A stretch of DNA of 57,056 nucleotides, counting the filler, from Jimgerdemannia flammicorona (taxonomy: Eukaryota), in assembly GCA_003990765.1 (NCBI GenBank). It is 3 parts of 3 records of this genome, joined end to end, with 100 filler letters (N's around TTAATTAATTAA, not from the genome) between each part and the next. Parts side by side here need not be neighbours in the genome. Positions count along the whole stretch, not along the records: positions 19,055 to 38,007 come from RBNJ01002066.1; positions 38,108 to 57,056 come from RBNJ01002067.1; 1 more part is not named here. One strand, given 5' to 3'. Below, one piece after another: positions 26,046 to 38,716 of the stretch. Both the position numbers and the translations under genes were made by a program. Position 1 is the stretch's first letter. Every line of letters begins with the position of its first letter. The notes beneath the pieces are model-generated. The model worked only from the letters and a program-made list of their open reading frames with translations. It searched no databases and had not been told where the DNA came from.

Positions 26046-28819
26046 TTTGGAGGCTTAACTGGAAAGATTTCAAAATTGACATGACTTTTTAGCTCACAAG
26101 AACCTACAGTCAAACTGAATATATTTGACACAACACCAATCTCTGCCACTATAGGAGAACCAGTCATCACCAGTATTTGGATAGGAAGAGAAGTAATTAC
26201 ATTAAGACTTACTAACTACCTAGCATCAGAAAAATCTCAAATAGAACCAGAAGGCAGTATAGCCCAAAATCCCCAACCAGATCAACCAGACAATATAGGC
26301 AGTCCTGCTAGAGATTTCAAAGAACTTGTATAAGAACTAGAAGATTTTATTATACAAACCCGAGACCTTACAGCCAGACACCCCATACCAGTCCCACCAA
26401 TTTCACCAATAGAACCTTTACCACAACCCCTTATAGAGTTAGAAGTAGCTCCTACAAAAATATCTAGACTTATTCTACTCATCCAAAGTCCAGAATATCA
26501 TCCTCAAGATACCCAAGCACCCTTATCTCCAGTGATAGCTCAGAAAGTGAATCAGAATCAGAATCCAAACCTGAATCAGAATCAGAAGTGATGAAAAAAT
26601 GGCCACCTCATTGCCAACCTTTGCAAGATACCTAGAGAAAGACCCCAGAGAATTCCTTGATGGAATTGAAGGAATTGCAGCCTTGAGAAATCTCTCAGAT
26701 GAAAGAAAAATCACCATCTACAAGACTCAGCTCAGAGAACCAACCAGAGGAATTTTCCATCGAATAGCAAATAACTCAGATTTAGAACTGGCAAGACAGA
26801 TATAAGTAGCAATATCTTATAAGCTAGAATATGAGGCCATGGTCCACTGACTCATTGAAAAGTATGCAGGAAATGAAACCCACCACAAGGCTCAGGAATC
26901 TATCATAGGGATGAAGACAAATCTTAAAGAATTACCCAGAGCCTTCTTCACAAGAATCCAGAAGAGAATACATACTACCAGGTTCAATGCTATCAATCAG
27001 AACATCATCAGTCTAATGACCTTCATGAATGGAATTCCCCCCAAACATTGCCCAGCATGTTTGCACCCTAGGCATCAGAAGGTCTGAAGAGGAAGTAGAT
27101 GTAGCCTAAGAATTCTTTGATGTCAGACAAGGAACTACCTGGAGCAATCATGATAGAAAAGAAGAGAAAGAAGACATCCTGGTCAAAGCCCTACAAGGAC
27201 TCCTTCAAGGACAAGAAAGATCTGAAGAAAGAAGGCCAGCCAAGGAAGAAAGGAAGAACAGAAGTGAAATCTGAGACCTTGGCTCCAAGTTGGACCAATT
27301 GGTTGGACAGATTGAAAAACTCACTACATATAAAAATCAGAGCTACCAAGACAATAGAGAATACTCATCACAGAGGAGCCAAGGTTATCCACCCAGAGAT
27401 AACAGAAGTTATCAGCAAGAAGAGAGAAGATACCCTGTCTGAGATAGAGCCCAAGTCCAATGCTTTCACTGTGGACAATTTGGATACTATGCCACTAAAT
27501 GTGACAATAAAAGAAGTAACTGAAGGGACTCAGAACCACCAAACCTAAGGGATGATACTCGGTACAAGAAGACTAAAGCCCATCCTGTGGAAGATTTTGA
27601 GGAAGCAAGCAACAGTAAAGACTATAGTGATCTGGACTTATACCCTATCAAGATTATCTCCTAAAAAACAGTTTACCCAGCAGAGAAAAGGAAGAGACCT
27701 GTGGGAAGGCCATATAGGAATGTTAGCAGGAGAATCATTCAAGAAGAAGATGAAGAACATGAGGAAGAACAAGTAGAAACACCTCCCTAAACCCCCTTAC
27801 CTTTTGTCTCTGAGACAAATAAGTTGCCACCAAAAGATGAAGAAATGGAACAAGAAGAATGGAAACCTGTTACCTCAAAGTCCAAGAAAAGGTACACCCC
27901 AAAAACTATGCCTAGAGATATGTATCTACAATATAGTCTGGTAGAAGATCCAAGAGGCCAAGATGAAAGTCCCCCTCCAGTAGTTCCTGCAACTAACACC
28001 TAGAGTCCAAAACAAATTGCTGAGAACTATCAGGTCTAGCACTGGCTGAGTTCCAATTCCACAGCAAGAACCAGTTCACATCTCTATCCAGGCAGCTGAA
28101 AGACATGTCAGCACCTACCTATATGGAGATATTGGAGGACAAAAGGCAAAGATCCTCATAGACACAGGAGCAGCTGTCTGTATTATTGCCAAATGGTTCC
28201 TGTATATCCTCCAATGGCCCATTGATAGACCATCCAACCTCAGCATTATAGTAGCAGATGGAGCTCAAACTCAACCCCTTGGAGAAATATGAAACATTAC
28301 TATCTCTCTTAGACATATTCAGTTCTCCATCCCCAAAGCTGTTATTACCAAAACTGTCATCTATGATATGATTCTTGGCACTAACTGGATGAAGGAAATG
28401 AATGCAGTTGTGGATATTGGCCAACAAGTACTCAAGTTCGATTATTGAGACAAGAAGTATAGAGTTAAGATGACTAGCTATGAGCAATCAAAGAAGAACA
28501 AGAAGGTCACTATTTAGGAAAAATATGCCAGCAGTGAAAAATCTACTATAGAGGAGAAAGAAGAATCTGAAGATAGAAATGATCCCAGACTCAACCCCCA
28601 AATTAACCTGGTGGATGATAGACCAGAGGAAAATGTATGGGCCAAGAACACTGTCCCCATTACCATCAGAGCCATTGCAGGAGAAATCAAAGGATGCCCT
28701 ATCTGTCTCAAGAGATACAAGTATCTTGAGCATTCCTCTAAGATCATGGAAATGAGGAATTGCCTGGCACAGTCTGGAGGACAAATCTATTAAGTCTGGA
28801 AAAACCTTCATGATCAGAA

Positions 28820-29100
28820 CCAGATTAGCTATGCAACCACCCCAAGGAGCTTACATCCAACTGACCTCAATGTCTGGACTTGCCAGATAAGGAATAACTG
28901 TTAAAGGAGGAACTATTGACCCAGAATATATAGGTGAAATCAAGGTTATCTTACATAACAGCAGTATAGAATAGCACTGAATTATTAGAAGACAGAAGAT
29001 TGCCCAAGCAGTCTTCATGAAAGTCAAGACCCCACAGTTACAAGAAGTCTCTGAACTAACTGAAGGAACAAGACAAGCCAAGAGATTTGGAAGTTCAGAC
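28820..29100 (+). pseudogene. dUTPase domain of element B (PR-dUTPase-RT order)
   Basis: QPPQGAYIQLTSMSGLAR*GITVKGGTIDPEYIGEIKVILHN..KIAQAVF..TRQAKRFGSS. Confidence 0.88.
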
Positions 29101-31950
29101 AGGAAGGAAGTACTCCTCCTTCAAGTCAACCACCTCAAGAGAAATGTTCTCCAGTAAGTGTACTGGCAACTAGTCAGACTGTATAAGAATTTTATCCTGG
29201 AGCCCAGAAAACAAACAACCTTTGAGATCTTTGTACCACCTGACTCCAGAAATCTTTTCTTTGAACCTAAGGAAGATATTCCCCACCTGGATATAGAGGG
29301 ACACACATTTCTTGACAAAATGAACCCAGTACATTTCCAAGTAACCAATCAAAGTTGGGAAACCATCACCTTGCTGAAAGGAACCATCATAAGACACCTG
29401 GTACCATTCCTCAACCAAACTCATAGGGAAGTTTATGAACTAAATCTATCAGGAAACAGCAAAAGGTCCCAGAAGAAAGGAAAGACACCTCTGCGACCCA
29501 GAAGACAGTGAAGCCTTCCACCAATATTGGAGAAGAATTGATACCCCCAGCAATAGCAATAATTAGCAGAACTCCTCAACAAGTATTAAGATATGTATCT
29601 TCACTACCAATTATGACAACCTATCATACAATCCATCAATCACCATAGTATAAATATAGGAAATGCAACACCCATCTGGCAGAAATCCTATAGAATACCC
29701 CATTACTTGAAGACCTTCAAAAAGGAGCACATTCAAGAACTCTTAGACAATAGAGTCATCTGACCCTCTACCAGCCCCTGGGCCAGCCCTATACTTATCA
29801 TACCAAAGAAGAGAGGATGGAGACTCTGTGTGGATTACAGGAAACTCAATTCAGTCACTGAAAAAGATGCCTATCCTTTGCCCAGAATCGATAACCTTTT
29901 GAATCAGTTACAAGATGCTAGATACTTCAGCAGTATGGATCTTTTTGCAGGATTTCATAAGATCTCCATGGACCCAAAAGACATTCAAAAGACAGTCTTC
30001 CTTGCTCTAGGAAAACTGTTTGAATACCTCCAAATGTCCTTTGGACTTTGCAATACACCCCCCACCTTTCAGAGGATGACGAATTCAGTCTATGCTCCCT
30101 TGATCCACTACTACCTGATTGTATATATGGATAATTCCAACATCTATTCAGCAAATTTCGAAGAACACCTGCACCACCTAGAGGAATTCTTCAAGCTCAC
30201 CTGTAAGAACTACTTGAGGCTGAATGCAAAGAAATGCTACATTGGAAAACAGAAACTCAAATTCCTTGGATTCATAGTTTTAAAAGAAGAAACTCACACA
30301 GACCCAAAGAAAACTGAGAAGATCAACAATTGGTCAGTACCTAAGACCCCAAAGGAAACACTATCATTCCTGATACTAGTATCCTACTACAGAAGATTTA
30401 TCAAGGATTTTACCCAAATTTCTGCCCCAATCTGGATCCTTCTCAAGAAAGAAGTACTATTTAAATAGACAGAATCACAAGAAAAAGCCTTTAAAGAACT
30501 CAAGAACTGCATGACTATAGCACCAATCCTTGTGCACCCCAATCTACAGAAGCCATTCATCTTGTATACAGATGCTTCTAAAGATGGTCTCAGAGCAGTC
30601 CTAGTCTAGGAAAGACCTGACCAACAATACCATATGATAGCTTATATAAGCAGAGCTACCAATCAGCAGCAGATAAACTATGGTAGCACCAAACTGGAAT
30701 ATCTTGCAGTCATATGGGCAGTCACTCTGTTCAAGTATTACCTAATTAGAAAAAGATTTACTCTGATTACAGATTATGCAGCTCTCAAATAGTTATTCAA
30801 CTACAAGAAACCCACCAGAATCCTAGCCTGCTAGATTCTTATCCTTCAGGATTACATAATCACCATCATCCACAAAGTAGAGAAAGCCCACAACAATGTT
30901 GATGTACTTTCCCACCAATCTCAATGAACCAGAAGAAGGGTGTCCCAAGGAACTATACTCTAAAGGAGGCTCCTCAGACCATCAGAAAGCCCACCAAGAA
31001 CAGATAAGTACAGAAGACAAGATTTGAAAACTGTATCAACACTGGCCCTATCTCAGAACCCAAGTCTGAGATATCATCCAGAAATGTAACACTTGCCAGA
31101 AGTACTAAGAAAAGAAGAACTATCAAACCCCTTTGTAACCAATTCCCCCACCCACTTATATCTTTCAGAGATGCAGAGTAGATGTAATAGGACCCCTGCC
31201 AATAATACTAAAATGAAACAGATATATTCTAGTATTTGTTAAACACTTGACCAAATGGCCCAAAGCATACCCTATGGAGATTACAGATGCCCTTTCCATC
31301 GTTGGGCATTTTTATAACCTCACCCTCTGATATAGACCCCCTGAAGAACTCATCTCTAATAGAGGAACTGAATTTGTGAATAATATAATCTCAAGTTATG
31401 CACGAATTCATGGGATTCATCTGAAATGAACTACCTCTTATCATCTTCAAACTAATGGAATGACTGAAAGAATGAACCAGACTATCAAGAAAGGACTTGC
31501 CCAAGTCAACTCCACCAATTGGGATCTCTGCCTATCTGAGATCCTATGAGAAATCTGAAATACCCCTACTCCATTAACTAAACAAAAGCTCTACAAAATG
31601 ATATTTATCAAAAAGACCAGAACTGCTGACCATGAGAACCTCGGAAAGCTTTTTGAAAAAGGAGATCAGCTGTAAAATAAAGCCTGAATTCAGATTATTA
31701 AGGCCCAGAAAAGACAAAAGAAGTATTATAACCAGAAACAGAAGGATCAGAAGATCAAGATTGATGATCAAGTCCTAGTTTAGAGAAGCATGATAGAAAT
31801 AAACTTTGCTGCTAAACTGGAACCAAAATGGAAAGGACCATACCTTGTACACAACATCAGAGGAACTAGCATCTATATAAGAAGCATGGATGGATGTATC
31901 TTGAGAACTCCAGTCCACATCAATCGCCTCAAGATATACTTACACAAACT

Positions 31951-32445
31951 ATGACTCAGAGGATAGATCAATGTCTCCAGACCCTCATCCTCAGCTCTTT
32001 CTAAGCCCTGCCAATTCTCCTGCTCCAGTTTTGCTAACTTGAAAGAACCCCCATACAATTGATTCAGAAGTATCAAGAGAACCTTGCTATTGCTCAGAAG
32101 TTGCTTCAGATCTACCATCTACAAGTCTTCTACAACATTGGCAGCTATTGATAGAACAACCTTAAATAAAAGAGCCCAGCCAGAATTACTCTCAGAGAAG
32201 TAAGAACTACCAAATAAATCTACACCCTATACAAACAAAATGTTAGAGCCCTGGTGTAGTCTCACTTCTACCTCAATGATATTCATCAGATAAATGAGAC
32301 CATCTTTCAGAGTATTCTTCAACAAGTAGACATCCTGTTTCCTGAAGAACAAAAAGAAGATCCAGAGCAAGAATGGAGTGACCCAGATACAGATAATAAA
32401 GATAATGGAACAGACATAGATGCAGAAGATGCTTATGCTTATTAG
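31951..32445 (+). pseudogene. Element B ORF3 of unknown function (164 codons) between integrase and PPT
   Basis: ATG 31951-31953 overlaps the integrase TGA 31952-31954. Single frame to TAG 32443-32445, internal stops only of transition type, acidic tail EEQKEDPEQEWSDPDTDNKD. Confidence 0.7.
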
Positions 32446-32496
32446 AATGATAACTAAAGAATAGCCTGGGACAGACTACCCTTTAGTGGGGGCTGA

Positions 32497-33657
32497 TGTG
32501 ATAATCCATAAAATGCAGTACCTAAAAACTTAGCCAGATGATGTAAACATTAGTACAATATAGTAACCAGTAACCATTGCTGCGGAAAATGTATAAATAA
32601 TCTAGATAGCTAAAGAAGGGAAAACCCCTGACAGTGGCTGTCACCCTGACAGCAAATATCACTCCATAAATAGCATTCTATAGTTAGCTAGATAGCAATC
32701 AGATAGCAACCACAATGTATAAAATATCCCAGAGATAAGAGTGAATAAACCTCAGTTCTGAAATACATATAAAGTAAAAGATAAGTCTGCCTACTATACT
32801 TCGAGAGATACATCTGCCAAAAGCTACTTGATCCAGAAAGGATTACAATACTTAGGAGAAATACCTGCTCTATAGCCACTACTAGGAGATTGTGAGCTTT
32901 GCCCCTTTCCCATTCCAGTCCACTTTCTATTACAAAGAATAAGTCTATTTTGGTTTGCTTGTCAGATAAGCCCAAAGAATCCAAGTTTGCTACCCAAGTT
33001 CAAGAAAGAACTTTGCAGCCTTTTGAGTAATCCATCACTTGAGGAATAAGTTACCATTTTTAAGTAATCTGCTAGTTTAAATCCACTGCTCACAAAAGCT
33101 AGTCTATTAGATGCAACTTTGCAGTAAATCTATTTATGCAAACAAAGTCAGTCCTTAACATAACTTTGCCAGCCACTATTTAAAAAAGTCTACCACATTT
33201 TGTCCACCAATCCACATTGTTCTATATTCTGTCCACTGATCTGCCACATTCCACCACACTGCAACCCATACTGTTTAAGTAAACTGCACTTAAGAAACCT
33301 ACTGCATTTAGTTCACTGTCAGAAAAGGAACCTGATTGTCATTACACCAGTAACCTAATCTCCAGAAGAACCTGTGCTTTTAAGAAATCCAGCTAAATTT
33401 ACCATACACAAAATTGCCATATTATGCAAATTAGTTTGCTGCCCAAGAAGGAAACCCATTCACACACAAAAGACCAACAACTCCAGAACACTACCAAATT
33501 AGGAAGTTACATACAAGAATTCTCCAGTTTGAATATTATACTGCTAGACACAATATCTGAACATTTTATTGCTTTTGATAAAGTAACTGGGGGCTCAAGC
33601 CAATCTATACAGCTACTCAACCTTGTAATTTGCCTCTATTGAGTCAGGCATGTTACA
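32497..33657 (+). repeat. Element B 3' LTR
   Basis: TGTGATA..TGTTACA; follows the polypurine tract. Confidence 0.92.
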
Positions 33658-34145
33658 ATATAAATGAGTGTTATTAATATATTACTAAGATCTATAAAAT
33701 TTATTATAAAAAGAAGAAAAGAAGATAGAATTAGCAAAAAAGGAAAAACTAGGAGAATAAACCAGTAGTCTTCTTAAAGAATAGTGATGATAAAGAAGAT
33801 ATCAAAGTCAAGATTTAAAAGATTCATCCTGATGTAGTTCTGTTAGAATATAAGTCAGAAATTATAGCTAGAATAGATATCACTATAATTAAGAAGATAA
33901 TTCTTCAATTTTAAACAACTACTCTACTTGTAACTAGTCTAGAGATAACTATTCCTAAGGACTATGTATGTTGAAATATTTAAGATAAGAAATAGTCTAA
34001 GAGCAAAATTTAGATTAAAGAAGAAGTTATTAATTTTGATTATATTAGAGAAATTCTACTTATTGCTAGGAACTACAACTCTACAATTTTATTTATAGTT
34101 AAGGAACTTATTCAAATGCTGATCTGTACAGATTACAATCTAAGA

Positions 34146-34780
34146 TAGTGCTCCTAATGAGTCAATTTAATCCAGATTGGATTCGGATTGATTCGGATTG
34201 AATCCCATCCGAATCAACTCGGATGGGATTCGAATCAACCATTGTTTTGATTTCCAAATTAGATAATTAAATGTTTACATCAATAACACAATGAATAATC
34301 ATCCAAATTTGATGATCTTGGTGTCATTTGAAAGCCCTTAATAAGGCCTATCTAATGATACCAAGAACATTGAAATCCGATCATGCGTTGCTGAGTTATG
34401 AAGGAAACCATCTGAATCGCCGATTTTGGAAATTCTTCGATTTGCCGATTTTGGAAATTTCGTCAAATAGAACGTTTTATTTAATATCTCGGCAACGCGC
34501 AATCCGATTTTAATGTTCTTGATATCATTAGAAAGGCTTTATTAAGGGCTTTCAAATGACACAAAGATCATCAATTTTGGATGATTATTCATTGAGTTAT
34601 TGATGTAAACATTTAATTGTCCAATTTGGAAATCAAAACAATGGTTGATTTGAATCCATCCGGATGGGATTCGAATCCAATCCGAGTTGATCCAGATGGG
34701 ATTCGAATCCAATCCGAGTTGATCCAGATGGGATTCGAATCCATCCGAATCCCATCCGGATTGACTCGTTTGGAGCACTA
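34146..34780. mobile_element. hAT-type foldback MITE, copy 1
   Basis: TIR TAGTGCTCC..GGAGCACTA. Perfect 8-bp TSD ATCTAAGA (34138-34145 / 34781-34788). Arms inverted over most of the length. Confidence 0.95.
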
Positions 34781-36476
34781 ATCTAAGATATTAAAAGTAA
34801 AGAAGTTAGAGAAAAGAGAAAGAGAAAAGAATTCTGATCTACAGAAAAAGGAGTTTTCATCAATACTAAGATTACTAATCTAGACTATAAAAAGAAGAAA
34901 ATTACAGATAAGTATAGCTATACTATTGGAAATGAATTTTTATTCAAAAAAAAACTCAAAAAGCTATTGCATGAATTTAAAAATATTCTTGTTACTAATT
35001 TCAAGAATATTAAAGAAAAGATACAATATTATTATTATAATATAAATATAGAAGATACTAAGCTAATATACTAAAGAGTAAGACTAATCTCACTAGTATA
35101 TCATAAATAGCTCAAAGAAGAAATCAAGCAGATAGAAGAAGCTAACATTATTGAGAAAACTATTAGTCTATAGTCCTCAACAATTATACTAGTCCTGATG
35201 AAAGAAAGTAAGTTAAAAGAATTTATTCCAAGACTCTATATAGACTACAAAAAACTTAATAAAGTTATCAAAAAGAATCAATAACTACTGTCACTCATAG
35301 TAATATCTTAGTGATATTAGGAGATGAAGTACAATACTATATCATCTTGAATTATATTCAGAATTCTACCAAATTAGCCTTGCCAAAGAAACTAGCAAAA
35401 AGTCAGCCTTTATTATACTAGATAGAATCTATATCTATCTATAAATACTATTCAGAATATATAATACTCTAGTAAGTTTTTAAAGAATATTAAATAAGAT
35501 CTTCTGAGAAGATATAGTAAAATAGATACTAGTCTATATGGATGATATAATTATCTTCAATAAGATAGCTATGGAATATCTAAATCATATATATTAAATC
35601 TTACAGAAACTGAGAGAGCACAGTCTATTCATTAAGCTAAAGAAATATAAGTTGCAGAAATCAAAATTTCTATATCAATCAAACTAGAATTTATACAGAT
35701 TCTATCAAGATTTATGTAGTTGTGGGTCTATCTAAGACCCACTATAGTTACTGAAGCTCAAGCTTTTATAGGACTTATAACTTATTATAGAAGATTAATC
35801 AAAGGATTTTTCAACATTATAGACTCTATCTATAAACTATACCAAGTTTCAATAGACTGACAAGTAGTAATAAGTCTACAAATATCTCAAGGTCTATTTG
35901 ATCTAGATACCTATCTTGAGAAGACCTGACTAGTTTCAAGAGTTCATCCTGCAGAAAGATATAAACTCAATTGACCTAGAAGTAGTTCTTATATAAAGAA
36001 GGATAAAGTTAAATATATAATTTTATATCTCAGCTGAGGAATCTATGAAAATGAAAAAGAATATAAATTCTATAAGTTAAAATATATTGTAGTTATCTAG
36101 ACTATGGAAAAGTTCCACTACTATCTTACTAGAGGATACTTCACTATTCTGACTAACTATTCAGCTCTTACCTAGTTGTTGATCATAAGTAAATCTAAAG
36201 AAATATTTATCAGATAGATCATGAGGCAGATATACTTTTATAGATATTTCAAATGATTTATAATCAGCAAAACCAAAATAAATAAAAAACTCTACTATAG
36301 AATTATTATCTACCTGAGATAGCAAAAGATGCCCTAATATCTAGAAGATAGAATACAAATGATTATCAACAGAATCTTAAAACAATTCAAAACTGATAAA
36401 GAAATACTAAAAAAAGAAAAACTACTAGTTATATCATTGTATAAAAAGGAATAAATAATAAAGTTAGTATATAAAC

Positions 36477-37090
36477 TAGTACTCCTAACGAGTCAATTTA
36501 ATCCGGATTGGATTCGGATTGAATCCCATCCAAATCAACTCAGATGGGATTCGAATCAACCATTGTTTTGATTTCCAAATTAGATAATTAAATGTTTACA
36601 TCAATAACTCAATGAATAATCATCCAAATTTGATGATCTTGGTGTCATTTGAAAGCCCTTAATAAGGCCTATCTAATGATACCAAGAACATTGAAATCCG
36701 ATCATGCATTGCTGAGTTATGAAGGAAACTGTCTGAATCACTGATTTTGGAAATTCTTCGATTTGCTGATTTTGGAAATTTCATCAAATAGAACATTTTC
36801 CTTAATATCTCGGCAACGTGTAATCCGATTTTAATATTCGTGATATAATTAGAAAGGCCTTATTAAGGGCTTTCAAATGATACTAAGATCATCAAATTTG
36901 GATGATTATTCATCGAGTTATTGATGTAAACATTTAATTGTCCAATTTGGAAATCAAAACAATGGTTGATTCGATGGGATTCAAATCCAATCCAAGTTGA
37001 TCTGGATGGGATTTGAATCCAATCCGAGTTGATCCAGATGGGATTCGAATCCATCCGAATCCCATCCAGATTGACTCGTTCGGAGCATTA
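36477..37090. mobile_element. hAT-type foldback MITE, copy 2
   Basis: Near-identical to 34146-34780; perfect 8-bp TSD ATATAAAC (36469-36476 / 37091-37098). Confidence 0.95.
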
Positions 37091-37572
37091 ATATAAACTT
37101 AGCTATCTAGAAGGAATAAATATCTATAATAAGGTAAGAAGAATAATATAGTTGTCTAGAATAGAGGAACATATCAGATGATTTGTTAAGATCTGCAATA
37201 AATGTCAGAAATAGAAGTAAGATCAAAAAAATCAGACACTAGAATTAGCAGACATAAAACTAATACTATTTGTTTATATTATAATAGATGTAATTAACCT
37301 ACTATCCATAATATTAACTGGTAACTGATATGTCATTGTCATCAGAGACCTCTTTATAAAATGGATAAAAGCAAGATCTCTTAAAGAAGTTAATATATAG
37401 TCAATTGCTGTTTTTTTTTTAATAGAGAAATCATCTGCTAATTCAAGACACCAAAGTAAGTAACAATAAATAGAGAAATAGAATTTATGAACTAGCTCTT
37501 TAGGTTTTATACAAGAAGTATAAGATTTAGCATATTTGAATTATAGCTTATCATCTATAGAGAAATAGATAG

Positions 37573-38007
37573 TGTAACAGACCAAAAACGTACCACCTGA
37601 ATTATAACTTAGCCGGATGACACGAACAATTAGCATACTTACTCAGCATGATGTGACTTCCAGTGTAGCATAGTTACTCATGCCCGCCACACTTATAATT
37701 AGCCAAGAAACCAGATCAGGATTGTTTACCTGTGTCCTGCAGACACACTCATGTCCTGCGGACACACTCATGTCCTGCGGACACACTCATGTCCTGCGGA
37801 CACACTCATGTCCTGTGGACACACCTATACCCAGAGGACACACCCAAACATTGCCAAAGATAACAAATGTATAATTAGCCACATAGCAACCAGATAGCAA
37901 CCAACTTGTATAAATTACCCCAGTGGCGAGAGTGAATAAAACCTCAGTCCGAAAGTTGAATACAAACCAAAGCAAAAGTCAATTGTCTGGTACACTTAGG
38001 AGAAACG
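37573..38007 (+). mobile_element. Young LTR (element E) inserted in the D integrase, running into the gap; 19-bp tandem repeat at 37733-37825
   Basis: Starts TGTAAC at the break in the integrase. Shares TTAGCC(G/A)GATGA and the TATA-AATAAA core with the B LTRs. Retains CpGs. Confidence 0.8.
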
Positions 38008-38107
38008 NNNNNNNNNNNNNNNNNNNNNNNNNNNNNNNNNNNNNNNNNNNNTTAATTAATTAANNNNNNNNNNNNNNNNNNNNNNNNNNNNNNNNNNNNN
38101 NNNNNNN
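38008..38107. other. Assembly spacer (N run with central TTAATTAATTAA)
   Basis: Same design as 18955-19054. Confidence 0.95.
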
Positions 38108-38124
38108 AAAAAAAAAAAAAACCC

Positions 38125-38153
<29 letters not shown>

Positions 38154-38155
<2 letters not shown>

Positions 38156-38259
38156 TACAGCAAACCAACCTGAGGTAGAGGAGGTAATAATTGTGGAAAG
38201 TGGACTTGGAAGGTTGCCTACCAAACCATTGTGACTGGTAAGGTAGTGGAGAAAGGGGC
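38154..38259 (-). mobile_element. 5' terminal fragment of the 1.2 kb non-autonomous retroposon
   Basis: Matches 54505-54611; begins GCCCCTTTCTCCACTAC on the minus strand. Abuts an A-run at 38108-38153, probably the tail of another insertion. Confidence 0.8.
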
Positions 38260-38716
38260 ATGGGGTACATCTCGTTGAGCGGGACTTGAGTAACAAGTAA
38301 TTTGAGTGGCTTATGATTATCATCAATAGTTGAGTATCAATAAAAACATTCCTCGTTCTTCCACCCTTTTTGACGTTGGAAAATCGTCAAAAGATGTAAT
38401 TAAAAGACGCTATCATTGGTTTCGGAATGTGTCCGCGACTAAAATCACGTAAGACGGAATAAAATTCATTAGCATGAGCATTTCTCGACTTTTCTGCCAA
38501 TGTGAGCACATGTACACTAGTATCGTTTAATTGGGTCCATAATTCTCATTATTAACATGAACGAATCGTACAAAAGATATGGGAGGGATAAATAGTTCTC
38601 ATTCCATCCTCCCTCGAGTTTGCTTTCGCCACCTTCACCTCCAGACTGTCCACAGATCACAACACAATTTTGCACTTGTGAATCTGTATAAAAACGCTAT
38701 GCTAGCAATATATAAT

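Larger units (their letters stand above)
24889..33657 (+). mobile_element. Full-length Ty3/gypsy element B: LTR-gag-PR-dUTPase-RT-RH-IN-ORF3-LTR
   Basis: LTRs 24889-26045 (lacking the first ~22 bp) and 32497-33657, PBS-like TTTGGAGGC, PPT-like AGTGGGGG, probable ATAT TSD. Zinc knuckle CFHCGQFGY, LIDTGA, RT DYRKLN..YMDN, RNase H LYTDAS, integrase CNTC..DVIGPLP..WKGPY. Confidence 0.93.
23169..37572 (+). mobile_element. Ty3/gypsy element D (same family as A), heavily decayed; hosts element B, two hAT MITEs and LTR E
   Basis: 5' LTR 23169-23639 is homologous to the A LTR. Gag runs to 24888 and resumes at 33658. dUTPase relic ~33830-34830, RT (LVYMDDIIIF ~35530), RNase H ~35900-36250, integrase to 37572. 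Confidence 0.85.

Noticed and set aside
26080..32445. Alternative genetic code or stop readthrough to explain frequent in-frame stops
   Set aside because: Stops fall at Trp, Gln and Arg positions as transitions would predict, differ between sister copies elsewhere in the window, and the P450 uses the standard code.
31951..32445. env-like gene
   Set aside because: Too short, with no evident C-terminal TM segment or furin site; kept as an unknown accessory ORF.
37733..37825. Palindromic 19-bp repeats resembling a CRISPR array
   Set aside because: Units are head-to-tail with no unique spacers, lie inside a eukaryotic LTR, and no cas genes are present.
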